Of a stretch of DNA of 64,000 nucleotides, positions 40,199 to 51,964 are shown piece after piece. The notes under the pieces were generated by a model. It made no database searches, was not told the origin of the DNA, and saw nothing but the letters and a program-made list of their open reading frames with translations. The stretch covers positions 1,664,001 to 1,728,000 of the forward strand of contig CAXWPH010000015.1 in assembly GCA_963666055.2 (NCBI GenBank). Reading direction: 5' to 3'. The position numbers and the translations under genes were made by a program. Each line of letters begins with the position of its first letter. Positions within the stretch are counted from its first letter, which is position 1. This DNA is from Acidobacteriota bacterium. GTDB lineage: Bacteria; Acidobacteriota; UBA890; WLXD01.

Positions 40199-42661
40199 TC
40201 ATACACCGTGTGGGCCTTCTTGCCGCCGGTCCTGGGGTATCGGATCCGCCACACCGCCACAATCCTTTGTCTTCAATAACTTACGGCCTTTCTCATCCGC
40301 CACACTGGGACCCTCTGTGGCGGATAGGAATTCCTGTAAGTTGTTGATTTCATTGAGTTGTGGCGGTGTGGCGGATACGACAGCCCCTTCTCGGGGCAAG
40401 TAGGTATCCCAGAGTGCCTGTAGCGCCTCGCGCTTGTAGCCTTTCGGAGTATTCCCGTCCGGCAGACGTACCGTAACCGGGCGCACCTTGAACGGCCTGA
40501 GCAGGTCGACCAGCCCGCGCGGCGACAGCGGCTTGCCGCGCCGCCATTCACTCCAGGGCCGATCTTCCATAGCGTGCAAAGCGTCGAGGATGTCAGCTGT
40601 GCTCATCGCCTCCGGGTCGCCGGCTTCTCGGAAGACCTGTCGCAGATCCGCGAGCAGTTTTTCTCTCTCGCCTGTTTCATCCTCGCCGGCATCGATACTG
40701 ACGTGCTCGCAAGCGCGCCATGCCCGACCGGTGTCGCCCGCCCATTGTCCGCCAGCGACATCGGCGATCGCCAGCAACGCCTCCCAGGCGTCGCGGGCAC
40801 GGTCGTGAAGGCCGGCGGGGAAGGCGACGTCGTTCCGGTGGCGCGCGAGGATCGCTTCCGCCTTGTCGCCCGTCCACTTGACGATCTGCCGTTGCAGGCG
40901 CTCGATGGCATTGCGGTCGCGGTCGCGCCACAGAGGCAGGCTCCGACCCGGCAGCCGCCGCTCAAGGCGCACCACCACGGATCGGTCAAGCACCGTGTCG
41001 GGCAGGCTGCCGATGCGGCCATCACCTTTGGACACCAGCTGGAAAACCGCCGCGGCTCGTGATCCTCCCCAACGCACCGGGTCACGTAAGCGCCGCTGCG
41101 CCGCTGAGAAGAGTTGATGACGGCGATCAGATCCGGGATGTCTTTCTTAGGGAACGTCCGGTCTGCTTCGTCCAGCAGCAGGCTCGGGGCGCTCTTTTCA
41201 ATCACCCGGAACAATACCGCCGGGGTCACGTTGCCAGTCGGCAGAGGCCGATACACGAGCTCTGCGATGACTTCCAGCAACAGCGACTTGCCGCACCGCT
41301 TGGTGGCGCTCGTGAGGTTCAGGAACGGCGAGACGTCCAGTCGATCATGCAGCCTCGTCATCACCACCCACAGCGCCACGGCCTCGGTCAGCGGCGCCGG
41401 CATGGACACATAGCGTGCGATCAGCGCGGCGATCTCGGCAAGCATGGCCGCTCCGTCCACCGGCTCAGGCCAGGGCTCGGGCTCAGGCCATTGCAGCGCG
41501 CGGCCTTGAAGGGCATTGTCATCACTCTCTGACGCACGGGCTGCCTTGACGTCAGAATCCAATGTCTTGACGCGCACCCGCAAGCGTTTCGCCTCCGCCT
41601 TGCGCACGCGGTCGTACTCGTGCGGTGGCAGCTCGGCCAGGCGCATAACTGCCTGCTCGTACTCATCATCGCCGCCGGGTGCCCCCGCGTTCGCATCGTG
41701 CTCGGGGGCCTCCGCCAGCAGCGCGACTGGGTCCAGCCCATCGGGTACTTCGTCCGCCAGGTCCCAGCCCTGAGGCAGTTCATCCGGGACTTGTACGATC
41801 CGCACCGAGGCCACACCGGCCTCTCGAGCCAAGCGCGCCACCGTGTCGGCGAAACGCGCACCCGCCGCGTCGGCGTCCGGCCACACCTTCATCTCGCGGC
41901 GGCCCTCGAGCGGCGACCAGTCCGTCATGTGGGGGGACTGGGCCCCATGCATGGGTGTGGTTGCCACCGTGTCGGGAAACCGCTTGGCGGCCGCCTCAGC
42001 CGCCTTTTCGCCCTCGCACACCAGCACCGGTGTATCTGGGGACGCGAGGATGCCGGGCAGGTTCAACAGCGGCCGTGGCGCAGGAATCCCTTTCGCCCGC
42101 CAGCCGCGCTTGCCGTTGCCGAGATCGCACCAGGTAACAGGCCGGATTTCCTTGTCGAGCGTGCCGTCGGAGCTCTGGGTATCCCACCGGCATACATAGC
42201 CCATCAACCGGCCTTCGGCGTCATGGTAGGGCCAGGACCGGGACGGTGCGCCATGCTCTCGGTGGTGGTAGTGCATCTGCGATGCCTCGTGTGGCACCGG
42301 CACGATGGGCACGATGGTGTCTTTGTTGCGGCCGTTGCTCTGGAGTTCGTGGCCGTGAATCTCGCCGGCAAGCCCGTTGCCGAGCGTCTTGGCGAGGTCG
42401 AGTGCGGCCTCCGATGCGCGACACTTCAGCCTGAACGCGTTGAGGCTTATCGGGTCGCCAAACGTCTCGTCGGTGGCAAAATCAGCCCCGATGCCGGTGT
42501 CGATGTTGATCTTGAGACTGTTGCCGGGAGCCCCTTGCAGGTTGCCGACCAGGAACTCCCTGCCTACAACCCGACGGGCGGGAAACCAACCAGCGCTCCA
42601 ACAGCTCCGGGTAGGCAGCTAATGCTTGGGCGTTGATGGTCTCGTGGTCGATGTGGCCCAT
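40199..42661 (-). pseudogene. satellite/prophage replication protein (Toprim primase + DUF3631-like), two frameshifts
   Basis: VLVCEGEKAA, WPDAD Toprim motifs; PWPEPVDG, KRCGKS, LLDEAD, WEALLAIAD; 4-bp duplication near 42588 and 1-bp deletion near 41017. Confidence 0.8.
40244..40376. repeat. putative replication origin: six CCGCCACA iterons with IHF-like sites
   Basis: 19-bp perfect IR 40244-40262/40358-40376, inner 10-bp IR 40295-40304/40316-40325, IHF match at 40337-40349 (minus strand). Confidence 0.7.
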
Positions 42662-42691
42662 CAGCCCGATCTCATGGCTGGTGCAGTCTGA

Positions 42692-43006
42692 TCAATCCGG
42701 CTCATCGCCCGCCTGGCTCGTACTCCGGTACGGCTGGCTAAGCTTCCTGGCAACCCACTCATCGAGGCTGTCTCGTGGGTACATGACGTAACGACCGAAC
42801 TTCAGAAACTCCGGTCCGCCACCAACGCATCGCCACTTGCTCAACGTAGCGACCGCGACGGGGACGTTGTGCACTTCGGCCAGGTACGCGGAGGCTTCCA
42901 CCGGGTTGAGTCGCCGCTTGTTGAACCGCGACTGAAGAGCGGCGGCGGCGTCCGCAGCGTTGGCCGGAGTCGCGCTGTTGGCTTCGTAGTGCGTGACGTC
43001 AGTCAT
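42692..43006 (-). CDS. AlpA/excisionase-like HTH DNA-binding protein
   Basis: LNPVEASAYL...ATLSKWRCVGGGPEFLKFGRYVMY..DSLDEW. Confidence 0.85.
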   Translation of the reverse strand: MTDVTHYEANSATPANAADAAAALQSRFNKRRLNPVEASAYLAEVHNVPVAVATLSKWRCVGGGPEFLKFGRYVMYPRDSLDEWVARKLSQPYRSTSQAGDEPD

Positions 43007-43026
43007 TTCGATTTGTCCTTGTTGCC

Positions 43027-43407
43027 TCAATTCTCAGATTTGGGGGTTGCCGCCGCGCGCAGTGGCGCGTCCAGATCGTAGGCGCCGATCTTCGCTTGAG
43101 ACGCCACGAGAAGCTCGAGATATCCGCGCCGTTGCTCCGCTGTCATCGCCTCCAACACTTTCATCTGCTCGTTGATCAACTCTTCCAGCTTGTCCAGGAA
43201 CCTCGACCGGCTGATCAGCAGGCTGTCCGGGCTCATGGTCTGATCCGCCACGATCAAGGCGAAATCGATCACTACGGAATCGGAAATCTTGGCTTCGGGG
43301 TTGCGGACGAAACCCGGGAAACGGATGTGCCGCATCGCCTCTCGGAGGCTTGCAATCAGCTCGGCGCATTGGAGTCGTACCGCGATTCTCTGGGTCGGTG
43401 ACGTCAA
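43027..43407 (-). CDS. hypothetical protein
   Basis: 126 aa, non-shadow composition, GGAGG upstream, co-oriented with AlpA-like gene. Confidence 0.6.
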   Translation of the reverse strand: MTSPTQRIAVRLQCAELIASLREAMRHIRFPGFVRNPEAKISDSVVIDFALIVADQTMSPDSLLISRSRFLDKLEELINEQMKVLEAMTAEQRRGYLELLVASQAKIGAYDLDAPLRAAATPKSEN

Positions 43408-43700
43408 CTATACCCTCCTGTTGCATACGATGGTAACATGCGTGACACAATAAGATACTTATCGATGCCATAAGTGCCACAGTTAAGACTTACCCGTCAA
43501 CGGAACAGACCGATCAGCTCACTTAGTGGCGTCTCGGAGGGTACTGATGCGGCGCTGTTACCTCAAGCTATGCAAACGTGCTGGAGCAGTTGCCCCGCCG
43601 TATCCAGCGCTGGTCCACATCGAGGCCTGCTTGGCGAGCCGCCCGACAGCCGTGCCGGGCGGCAATCAGCCAGCCCCTTCTCCGCTGTCGTCAACGTGAC

Positions 43701-44003
43701 ATGGCCAGCATGGAGCAGATCGTCCGCGCGCTCGAGGGTCGATCCAATGGACATGGCATGGACCCCTGCCCGGCGCACGAGGACCGCAACCCGAGCCTGA
43801 GCGCGACAGAGCGCGACGGGCAGATGCTGTTGCACTGTCACGCCGGATGCATGCAGGAGGCGGTCCTGGAGACCCTAGGGGGCCGGGGTCTGGACATTCG
43901 CCGCCACCCCGAGTTCGGCAAGCCAGCGCACACGTGGCCCTACCATGACGCTGAGGATGACCTCGTGGGCTGGATCCAGGTGCGCCGGGAGCGCGCGTCA
44001 TGA
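43701..44003 (+). CDS. primase-type zinc-binding domain protein (truncated primase)
   Basis: [11 protein letters not shown]...LLHCHAGC; ATGA overlap with helicase gene. Confidence 0.7.
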   Translation: MASMEQIVRALEGRSNGHGMDPCPAHEDRNPSLSATERDGQMLLHCHAGCMQEAVLETLGGRGLDIRRHPEFGKPAHTWPYHDAEDDLVGWIQVRRERAS

Positions 44004-45772
44004 GCGAGCCACCGATCACGGCCGACCAGATCCCGTGGGGTCAGCAAGTCAACTCGACTCGCGACCGGTCGCTGAAGGCGCGGATCGAGCGATCGATCAA
44101 AACCGGCGACGAGCTGGAACCGACCGACCGGCACCTGGCTGCCTTGCTCGAGCTGATCGACCGGGACAAGGATATCGAGCGCGGCGGCGGGCGCGACACG
44201 AGGCAGCGGCTCGATACTTTGGCCGAAGCCAGGCAGCACCTGGGGGCGCTCGACAACGTTAGTTATTCGGTGATCCATGGAGAGCTGGCTAAGGCGCTCG
44301 GGATCAACCGAACGCAGCTGAAGGACATCAGGGCCACCGAGAGGAGCAGAGTCTCTCGCAACGGCGCCAGCGCAGTTGCCATCAACCTGAGCGACGACAT
44401 CGACCTGACGGACGACGGCCTCGCTTTGGAGCTCGGCGACAGATGGCCTGACGCTCGGCACGTGGCGGCCTGGAATCAATGGCTGTTCTTCAAAGAATCG
44501 CGGTGGGTCGTGGACAAATGCCTTGAGCACATGACGCGCGGCCGGGATTTCCTGCGGGAAAAGGTGGAAGCCCTCGAAGAGTGGGCTGAGAATAAGGCTA
44601 AGAGCCTGGACGCTGAGGCACGCAAGAATTTCCTGCGCTGGGTCCGAAACAAGCCTGACAAGTTGCGGAGTGCTCAAACCGTCAGGCAGGTGGTGGGTCT
44701 CGCGCGGAGCAACGATGCCCAGGCCGCGCAAGTAGCGCAGTGGGATCGCGACCCCTGGCTGCTGGGCACGCCGGGCGGCACCGTCGACCTCCGAACGGGG
44801 GAAGTCCGCGATGCGAGCCCGGAGGACTACATAACGAAGGCGACGGCCGTGGTGCCCGCACCCCAGGGAACGCCGACGCCGCCTCGATGGGCCGCCTTCC
44901 TGGAGCGCATCATGGGCGGCAACGAGGAACAGGTTGGCTACATGCAGCGGTTCGCTGGCTACGCCCTGACAGGGAGCATCCGGGAGCACGCCTTTGTCTT
45001 CGGCCACGGCACCGGCGCGAATGGGAAGGGCGTGTTCACAGGAACGCTCCAGGGTGTGCTCGGCGACTACGCGCTGACCGTGCCCACGGAGATGCTCATG
45101 GTCACGCGGGGCGAACATCACCCGACGGAGTTGGCCCGGTTGCGTGGCGTCCGCCTGGCGATCGGGTCGGAGACAGAGGTAGGCAGGACCTGGGCGGAGG
45201 CACGCATCAAGTCCTTGACCGGTGGTGATCGGATCGCGGCGCGCTTCATGCGCCAGGACTTCTTCGAGTTTGACCCGGAGTTCAAGCTGTTCGTGGTCGG
45301 CAACCACACGCCGTCTTTGCGTGGCGTGGACGAAGCGATCCGCCGCCGTCTGCACCTGTTGCCGTTTACCGTCAACATCCTTGCCGCAGAACAGGACCCG
45401 AAGCTGTCGATGAAGCTCAAGGAAGAGTGGCCGGGCATCCTGCGGTGGGCAATCGACGGCTGCCTCCAGTGGCAGCGAAAAGGCCTGAGTCCGCCGCCAT
45501 CGGTTCTCGAGGCCACCGACCAGTACTTGATGGCCGAGGACGCCGTTGGCCGGTGGCTCGAAGAGTGCACACGCAAGGGTGCGAATGGGTTCAGCTCTTC
45601 CCGAGACCTCTTTGACAGCTGGAAGCAGTGGGCCGAGGCCAACGGCGAGTACGTGATCTCCAAGAAGCGCCTCGGGCAAGAACTCACCGCCCGTCGCTAC
45701 AACTCCCGCCGGCAACCGGGCGGCGGCGCCCGCGGGTACGTCCGTCTAACGCTCCTACAGGGGCTGTCATGA
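44000..45772 (+). CDS. phage/plasmid P4-family primase-helicase (D5-like SF3 helicase)
   Basis: WDRDPWLL...[42 protein letters not shown]. Confidence 0.95.
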   Translation: MSEPPITADQIPWGQQVNSTRDRSLKARIERSIKTGDELEPTDRHLAALLELIDRDKDIERGGGRDTRQRLDTLAEARQHLGALDNVSYSVIHGELAKALGINRTQLKDIRATERSRVSRNGASAVAINLSDDIDLTDDGLALELGDRWPDARHVAAWNQWLFFKESRWVVDKCLEHMTRGRDFLREKVEALEEWAENKAKSLDAEARKNFLRWVRNKPDKLRSAQTVRQVVGLARSNDAQAAQVAQWDRDPWLLGTPGGTVDLRTGEVRDASPEDYITKATAVVPAPQGTPTPPRWAAFLERIMGGNEEQVGYMQRFAGYALTGSIREHAFVFGHGTGANGKGVFTGTLQGVLGDYALTVPTEMLMVTRGEHHPTELARLRGVRLAIGSETEVGRTWAEARIKSLTGGDRIAARFMRQDFFEFDPEFKLFVVGNHTPSLRGVDEAIRRRLHLLPFTVNILAAEQDPKLSMKLKEEWPGILRWAIDGCLQWQRKGLSPPPSVLEATDQYLMAEDAVGRWLEECTRKGANGFSSSRDLFDSWKQWAEANGEYVISKKRLGQELTARRYNSRRQPGGGARGYVRLTLLQGLS

Positions 45773-46263
45773 TCGCCCTGTACCACATGTACCGCGTGTC
45801 CCTATTTTGGACGTATAGAGTTATCCGTGTAGCGCCCACGCGCCCGCTACGTCCTAAAGGGAAAGTCGCGGTACACGTGGTACGGGGTGCTCGACGGGCG
45901 ACTGTCCGGTCTGGAGCGACAGCGCCCGGATTAGCCTCGGCAAGCCCCCGCGGCCTGCTGCGTCGTGGGGCTAACCGAACACAGATAGTGCTCCCCTGGG
46001 GCCCTAACTGCGGGGGCCGTCGAAGGCAACGCGAGCGACTCGACAGAGATAGTCGGGCCTTCAGAGGGCAATCATCGACCGTCCCGTGCGAACGTACGCC
46101 CGAGGCCCGGCCGAGTAACAAACTGTGGAAGCTGTGGGCAACTTCGCCCGACGTCGCCGTCGACGTTCCTGGGAGCTCGACGACGAGTTCGGCCGCATGA
46201 TCGCATCGCCTGCGACTTGGCAGGCCGAGACGCGGCCGGGGCCCGACTCTGACGGAGGGCGCA

Positions 46264-46455
46264 ATGCTCGACTTCTTCGCTGACGCCTGGGACTTCATCG
46301 TCGCCACCTGGGACTTCATGTGGTGGTTTCCTGGCGCCGCCATCGGCTTCGTTTTGGATGCCCTCGAGTTCATCGCGAACATGGCGTGGCTCGTCATGTT
46401 CGCGCTGCTGTACAAGTTCGTTATGTTTATCGGCGGCGATGACGGTAGCTTCTAG
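46264..46455 (+). CDS. small hydrophobic membrane protein
   Basis: 63 aa rich in F/W/M, GGAGGG RBS. Confidence 0.6.
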   Translation: MLDFFADAWDFIVATWDFMWWFPGAAIGFVLDALEFIANMAWLVMFALLYKFVMFIGGDDGSF

Positions 46456-46466
46456 CGCCGGGCACA

Positions 46467-46808
46467 ATGCCTGAGACGACCTACACGCTCACGCGAGACG
46501 GTGAACGCGACCTGCGCTTCACCGGCGAGCTGATTGCCGAGGTATCGAGCGGCGAGGCATCCGGCCCGCGCACCACGCGCTGGACCGAGCTCGCGCTGTA
46601 TCGCGTGGCGTCGAGCTCCGGTCCCTACGTGCTACAAGTCGTCGGCTGCTCTCGGCGGGACGGCGAGCGCGATTGCTTCGCCGCCTACGTGTGCAACGAC
46701 GAGAGCGCGGTCGTGGATGCGCTGACACAGGACAATGGCGGGGAACTCGGCTGGCTGGTCAAGCGGTTGCTAGAGGCCGCTGGCATCGAGGCGGTAGAGA
46801 CCATCTGA
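46467..46808 (+). CDS. hypothetical phage-like protein
   Basis: 113 aa, coding-like composition, directly after the small membrane ORF. Confidence 0.65.
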   Translation: MPETTYTLTRDGERDLRFTGELIAEVSSGEASGPRTTRWTELALYRVASSSGPYVLQVVGCSRRDGERDCFAAYVCNDESAVVDALTQDNGGELGWLVKRLLEAAGIEAVETI

Positions 46809-47297
46809 TTAGGCGCTCGCGCCGGCGCTCGAGCACCACATCGGCACACCACCACCGGCCGCGCCGAGTGGTGCGCCACCACGGGCCCGCCTAACGCGCT
46901 CGAGGCCCACTTAGGGCACTATGGGCCTCGCGCTCCGCCTGGAGCCACACTAGGCGAGAAGATCCCCAGGCCCTCGAATATTGCACCACCTACGACGGGG
47001 GCCCGCGCCCATACGTCCAAAACAGGACCACGTGGTACATGTGGTACAGGGGCGATCGTCGAGGCCACCACCGCGCGCCGACTGCGCCAGCTGGCCACCA
47101 CCACGGGCCGAAGATCTCGAGCCCCTAACACGCGTTTATGGGCCCATCCTCGCGTGCGCGCTAGAACCATCGAGCCATGCGCCTAACTATATGGGTCGCA
47201 GGCACTTACGGGGGGCCATCAAAGTTCGCGGCGAGCTACCGCTCTAGACCGTCGAGTGCCTGCCGACTTGTAAGCAACGAAAAATTTTGAGCATATT

Positions 47298-47702
47298 ATG
47301 TCCACGAGAATGAGACCCCGAAAAACACCGACAGATTCCGAAGTCGTCCGCCGGATGCGGTCGAGCTCCCACTCCCAGCGATGGCGCTCCGCAATCCTCC
47401 GGAACGAGCCGTTATGCCGTTCCTGCGCCGAGGCGGGATTCACGGTCGCCGCCGAGCACATCGACCACATCGAGGCCGTTCACCTGGCACCTGAGCGCTT
47501 CTGGGACCACGACAACGTCCAGCCGATCTACCGTGAGTGCCACGATCGGAAGACGGCCGGCGAGCAAGGCATGAGCCTCGAAGCGGTGTGCGAGCGTGAA
47601 GCGTGGAAGCGCGTCTGGTCGAGCTGGCGGGCAAATGACTCCCGCTGCCGCTCCGAGGGCCCCGAGTCCGCGCCGCATCCATCTACTGACTCGAGAAGCT
47701 GA
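47298..47702 (+). CDS. HNH endonuclease, phage packaging type (possibly inactive)
   Basis: EPLCRSC...IDHIE...NVQPIYRECHDRKT; second CxxC has C>Y. Confidence 0.8.
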   Translation: MSTRMRPRKTPTDSEVVRRMRSSSHSQRWRSAILRNEPLCRSCAEAGFTVAAEHIDHIEAVHLAPERFWDHDNVQPIYRECHDRKTAGEQGMSLEAVCEREAWKRVWSSWRANDSRCRSEGPESAPHPSTDSRS

Positions 47703-47759
47703 CCGTCACCGAGTGTCCACTCGCCGGCCAGCCCTTCAGTGACGGGCCGCTGCACCGAC

Positions 47760-48030
47760 AGACGCTTATGCACGTTGCCACTAGTTGCCCGTTCATCGAC
47801 ACACCGGCCTCCAGCACCGGGCAGTCACGAGTCAAGTGATCCACGACCGTCACCATGGGGAACTAGCGGCCGCTGTGCAGTTGGTCGGTGATGAAGGCCA
47901 TGCTCCAGCGCTCGTTCGGCGCGCTAGAGCCGGCAGCGACATTCGCCTGTGGCTCGTTCCACTTGCAGCGGCGCTTGACGCGGATCGACAGCTCTTCCTG
48001 GTGGATGCGCTCCGCCGGGAGGCCCGCCGC
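47760..48030 (-). pseudogene. IS3-family transposase remnant
   Basis: PNERWSMAFITDQLHSGR*...TVVDHLTRDC integrase-core fragment with internal stop. Confidence 0.75.
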
Positions 48031-48057
48031 AGGGCAGTACGGATCACGGTGCCCCTC

Positions 48058-48160
48058 TGAACATACACTCGGCACGCTTGAGCGTTCTCGGCGTTGTGCC
48101 AGGTAAGACTGTCACCGAATTCCTCTTCGATCTGCTTTCTCTCCTGGAGCAGCTTCTTCG
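48058..48160 (-). pseudogene. DUF4268-like domain fragment
   Basis: LLQERKQIEEEFGDSLTWHNAENAQACRVY. Confidence 0.5.
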
Positions 48161-48521
48161 TACCGGGTCTTGGAATCGGCCCCGCCAATCCCGAGTTCTG
48201 CACCTCCCCCGCCGACGCGCATGCGGGCTCGCTCAGGTAGGAGCCGAGAGGCCAGGCCGCGATACACGATGGGCCGCCGCCCACCAGGAACCCCGTGGTC
48301 GTCGGCTCGTCACCGGCCGTCGAGGTCGGTGGCGAACGGGGACGCCGCCACCCGCCCGGACCCGACAGCTCAGATCAGCACGGTGCGCCTCAAAAACTCA
48401 CGCTGGCGCCGACGCGGGAGATCCGCGGTGCCAGCACCGCAATGGGCACACCAAGGTTGGTCCCGGTTACCCCATTGGTCTCAGAAGGCCCCGATGTGAA
48501 CAACCTACTCGGAAAGCACCG

Positions 48522-49217
48522 TTAGTCGTCCCGGCCGCCTAGCAAGCCAGCCCGCATCAAGAAGTAGAGCAGGGTCAGGAGCGTGCTGACCACGGCGGCC
48601 ACGTAGGTGAGCGCGGCGGCGTTCAACACGCGGTCCATGCCCGCCCGCTCGTGCTCACTGATTATCCCGTACTCCACCACGAGTTTCTTGGCGCGAGCGG
48701 TGGCATCGAACTCCACGGGAAGAGTCACCACCTGGAACAGAAGGACCGCCGAGAACAGGACCGCGCCAACGGCCACCAAAGACTGCGATGCCATAAACAG
48801 TCCGATCATCATCACGACGTAGCCGATCGACGAACCGATGTTGGCCGTGGGCACGAGTGTGCTCCGCAGCCAGAGGGGGGCGTAGTGGGCCGCATGCTGT
48901 ATGGCATGGCCGGCTTCGTGCGTGGCCACGCCGATCGCCGCAATCGAGGCGGCATCGTGGACGTCCTTCGACAATGCCAAGCGGCGCGTGGCCGGATTGT
49001 AATGGTCCGAGAGTACGCCGTGTGACCGCCCAATGCTCACGTCGTGCAGCCCTGCGCGGTCGAGCATGAGGCGGGCGGCCTGGGCGCCGGTGAGGTGGCG
49101 CGCACACCGCACTTTCGAATATTTCCGGAATGCCGACTTCGTGCGGAAGCTTGCCCAGAGCGACAGAGCCAATCCCGGTAGGATGAACAGCAGATACGTC
49201 GGATCGAAGAAAAACAT
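48522..49217 (-). CDS. membrane zinc metallopeptidase (YugP-like)
   Basis: LSDHYNP, HEAGHAIQH, TLPVEFDA, AAALTYVA. Confidence 0.95.
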   Translation of the reverse strand: MFFFDPTYLLFILPGLALSLWASFRTKSAFRKYSKVRCARHLTGAQAARLMLDRAGLHDVSIGRSHGVLSDHYNPATRRLALSKDVHDAASIAAIGVATHEAGHAIQHAAHYAPLWLRSTLVPTANIGSSIGYVVMMIGLFMASQSLVAVGAVLFSAVLLFQVVTLPVEFDATARAKKLVVEYGIISEHERAGMDRVLNAAALTYVAAVVSTLLTLLYFLMRAGLLGGRDD

Positions 49218-49836
49218 CGCTCGAATACTCCCCTGTGTGCTCAAGCCTGGACGAAGACTGACCAGCCCCCACGGTTAATACCACGTCCTGTCTCAGTGGC
49301 TCGGTGTTTTGCCCAAGGGTTGGGCATTGAAGCGTCTCTAGTCGGGCGATCCGTGCTGCTGATCGTCTGATTCCCGGGCCTGGCGATCTCGCCGACCGCG
49401 TTGCCGGTTGCGTGCTCGCCGGCCCGTGTACGTAACCCGGTTCACAAACACGCACGCCCCCAGCTCGGGTTGACTGTCGCGCCGCCCGTCGTCCGCCCTC
49501 TCTGACCTGATCCCCCCGCCTGCCTACCCCTGGGGACCCCTGCTGCCATGCGGCCCGTCACTTTGTGATGGCCGCGTGATCATCGACGTGTGGCGCACAC
49601 GTTGGGCGAGCCCCCCTCGACGTGGGTTGAGAGCACTCATCATGCGCGCACGCTATGTGCTCTCGTGCGTTTTACGTCCAAAACGCGCAAACGACTCTCC
49701 TATGCTAACTTTGCGGGTGCGTACAAACCGATAAGGAACGGCTCCTCTTCTGGAGTCGGGCCTCCCGCTGAATACAACACTGAGATTCGCTCTCAGGAAT
49801 ACGCGGGAACCGCCTGCTTCCTTATCGGTGGTACGC

Positions 49837-51478
49837 ATGGCCCGGCACCTATTTGCCGGACTCTTGCCGTCGGGAGGCCGCCCTGTGGCCAATCGCAGAA
49901 AGGTTCTCGCAGGGCTAGCCACGAGTCTTGCGCTACCCCCGCGTGCTTGGTGGCCGTTGCACGTCAGGGAGGATGCAGCGGAGCTGTCACTTGAGGCTCC
50001 ACCGATGCTCGGCCGGGTCACCCGAGACAGCGCCGAGGTTTCGCTATACGTAAGCACGCCTGGAGAAACCCGCGTTGTTTGGGGCCGGGGCCGGAATGAT
50101 CTGTCGCTCAAGCAGGTGTCCAACGAGCTCGGCGACCTTCGATTCCATCTAGATCTTTCCTCCCGAGCGAAGCGCTACTGGTATCGAGTGGACCTGGCTC
50201 GCAGAGGGCTCGTCGCGGTGGGTCAGGGGCGCGGTCACCCGTTTCCGAACCCACCGGCCGATGGGCTCGCGGTTTCGGTTCGCGCTGCTAGCGGATGCGC
50301 ACCTGATTCGCGATGATAATCAGGACGGCTGGTACGACCCACTGCGCCGTGGCACAAACCTGGTTGCGGCTGAGGATCTGGATTTCGTTGTCTTCTTGGG
50401 TGATGAGAGCTGCATCGATGGGTCTGGAAACAGCTTGGCAGCAGTCAACAGCCAGCGCGAAGCGGACACGCGCTACGCGCTGTTGCGCCGACTCTATGCT
50501 CCGATCCTGGGGTCGATCCCGGCGTTCTTCGTTCTGGGCAATCACGACGGGGAGCGCTACTACCGGCATCCTCACTTGCTGCGCTGGGGGGCCAACGCGC
50601 GGAAGCGTTACTTGCTGAATCCGGGCCCTACAACCTATCCGGAGGGAGGTGAGCACAACGGATGGTCTGAGTCGGGCCACTGGTCGCCCCTTGAGAACTA
50701 CTATGCCTGGAGCTGGGGCGATGCGACCTTCGTGGTTCTGGACCCGTTCCGATACACCCGTAACATGCCGCGCGTTCCCGAGGACTGGACTCTAGGTGAT
50801 GCGCAGCTACGCTGGGCCGCGAAGGTGCTGCGGTTGTCCCGGAGCCGCCACAAGTTCATCATCTGCCACCATCTTGTGGGAGGGGGACGTTGGAACCCGG
50901 CGGCGACTGTTGCCGGTGCGTATGGCCGCGGGGGAGCACGCATGGCTCACCTGGGCGAGCAGGCTCAGTTGAACCGGTTGATGCAGCGCTACGGTGCCCG
51001 TTTCTTTCTGTACGGGCACGACCACATCTTTGCCCACGGTGGGCGCGATGACATCGAGTACATCTGTGGCGGGCGGCCGTGGAGAATGTCGTCCAATTGG
51101 TGGGGCAATCCAGGATGGGCTGCGCTTTATGGGGATGAGTTCCTGGGCGTTGCCGGATATACCGTTTTCGACGTGAGCCCGGAGCGTGTCGAGTTGCGCT
51201 ATGTCGTGCTGGGTAAGAACCCCCGCGAGGGGTTCAAGTGGGATGACGCACCGATGTATCGAGTCCAACACGGTGGTGTGATCCGAGTTGCTGACCGGGT
51301 CCGCGGCGAGCCCACTGTATGGGTTCCACACGATCCGACGCCGGACCTGTTCCAAGGCGGCACCTATCGCAATCGAACCATTCGGCTGGGGCCTGGGTGG
51401 CAGGGCAAGGTCGGGGACGAAGTCAGGGTGGTTCACCCTGGACAGGTTGCGTACCAGCGTTCGTTTCCAACTAGCTAG
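49837..51478 (+). pseudogene. Tat-exported metallophosphoesterase, frameshifted near 50200-50260
   Basis: NRRKVL Tat-like motif in ORF1; ADAH, LGD, GNHD, GHDH motifs in ORF2. Confidence 0.7.
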
Positions 51479-51481
51479 GGT

Positions 51482-51964
51482 ATGCAGCCCACGCGCATCT
51501 CGATCACCGTGAATGGGAAAGCCCGCACGGTGAACGCTTATCCGGACGAGGCGCTGCTGTGGGCGCTGCGGGACCGACTCGGGCTGACCGGTACCAAGTT
51601 CGGCTGCGGAGTGGGGATCTGTGGTGCATGCAGCGTGCTGATCAACGGTCGCCGACGAACGAGTTGTACGGTGTCAGTCTCGAGCCTCCGTGCTCGCGAT
51701 GAGATCACTACCATCGAGGGACTTGCTGAGGATGGCCGGCTGACGAAGCTGCAGCAGGCGTTCATCGACAACAACGGATTCGCCTGCGGCTTCTGCACTG
51801 CCGGAATGATCATCACTGCTACGGACCTGCTGCGTAGGCGCCCCACTCCTTCGCGCAAACAGATCATCAAATCCATGGACGACAACATCTGTCGCTGCGG
51901 CTGCTACCAGAACATCATCGAGTCCATCGAAGCGGCCTCAACACGCCGACGGACAGCGTCGTGA
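51482..51964 (+). CDS. (2Fe-2S) subunit, CoxS/IorA-like
   Basis: GTKFGCGVGICGAC, CGFC, ICRCG. Confidence 0.95.
   Translation: MQPTRISITVNGKARTVNAYPDEALLWALRDRLGLTGTKFGCGVGICGACSVLINGRRRTSCTVSVSSLRARDEITTIEGLAEDGRLTKLQQAFIDNNGFACGFCTAGMIITATDLLRRRPTPSRKQIIKSMDDNICRCGCYQNIIESIEAASTRRRTAS

Larger units (their letters stand above)
45771..47057. repeat. ~46-bp inverted repeat pair (45771-45816 and 47011-47057)
   Basis: GATCGCCC(C)TGTACCACATGTACC.CGTG..CCT.TTTTGGACGTAT, 4 mismatches plus 1 indel; extra inverted partial copy at 45867-45883. Confidence 0.8.

Noticed and set aside
40244-40376. CRISPR array
   Set aside because: Repeats are 8-19 bp, in both orientations, without regular unique spacers; no cas genes or array anywhere in the window
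43940-45715. 591-aa minus-strand ORF
   Set aside because: Antisense shadow of the P4-family helicase
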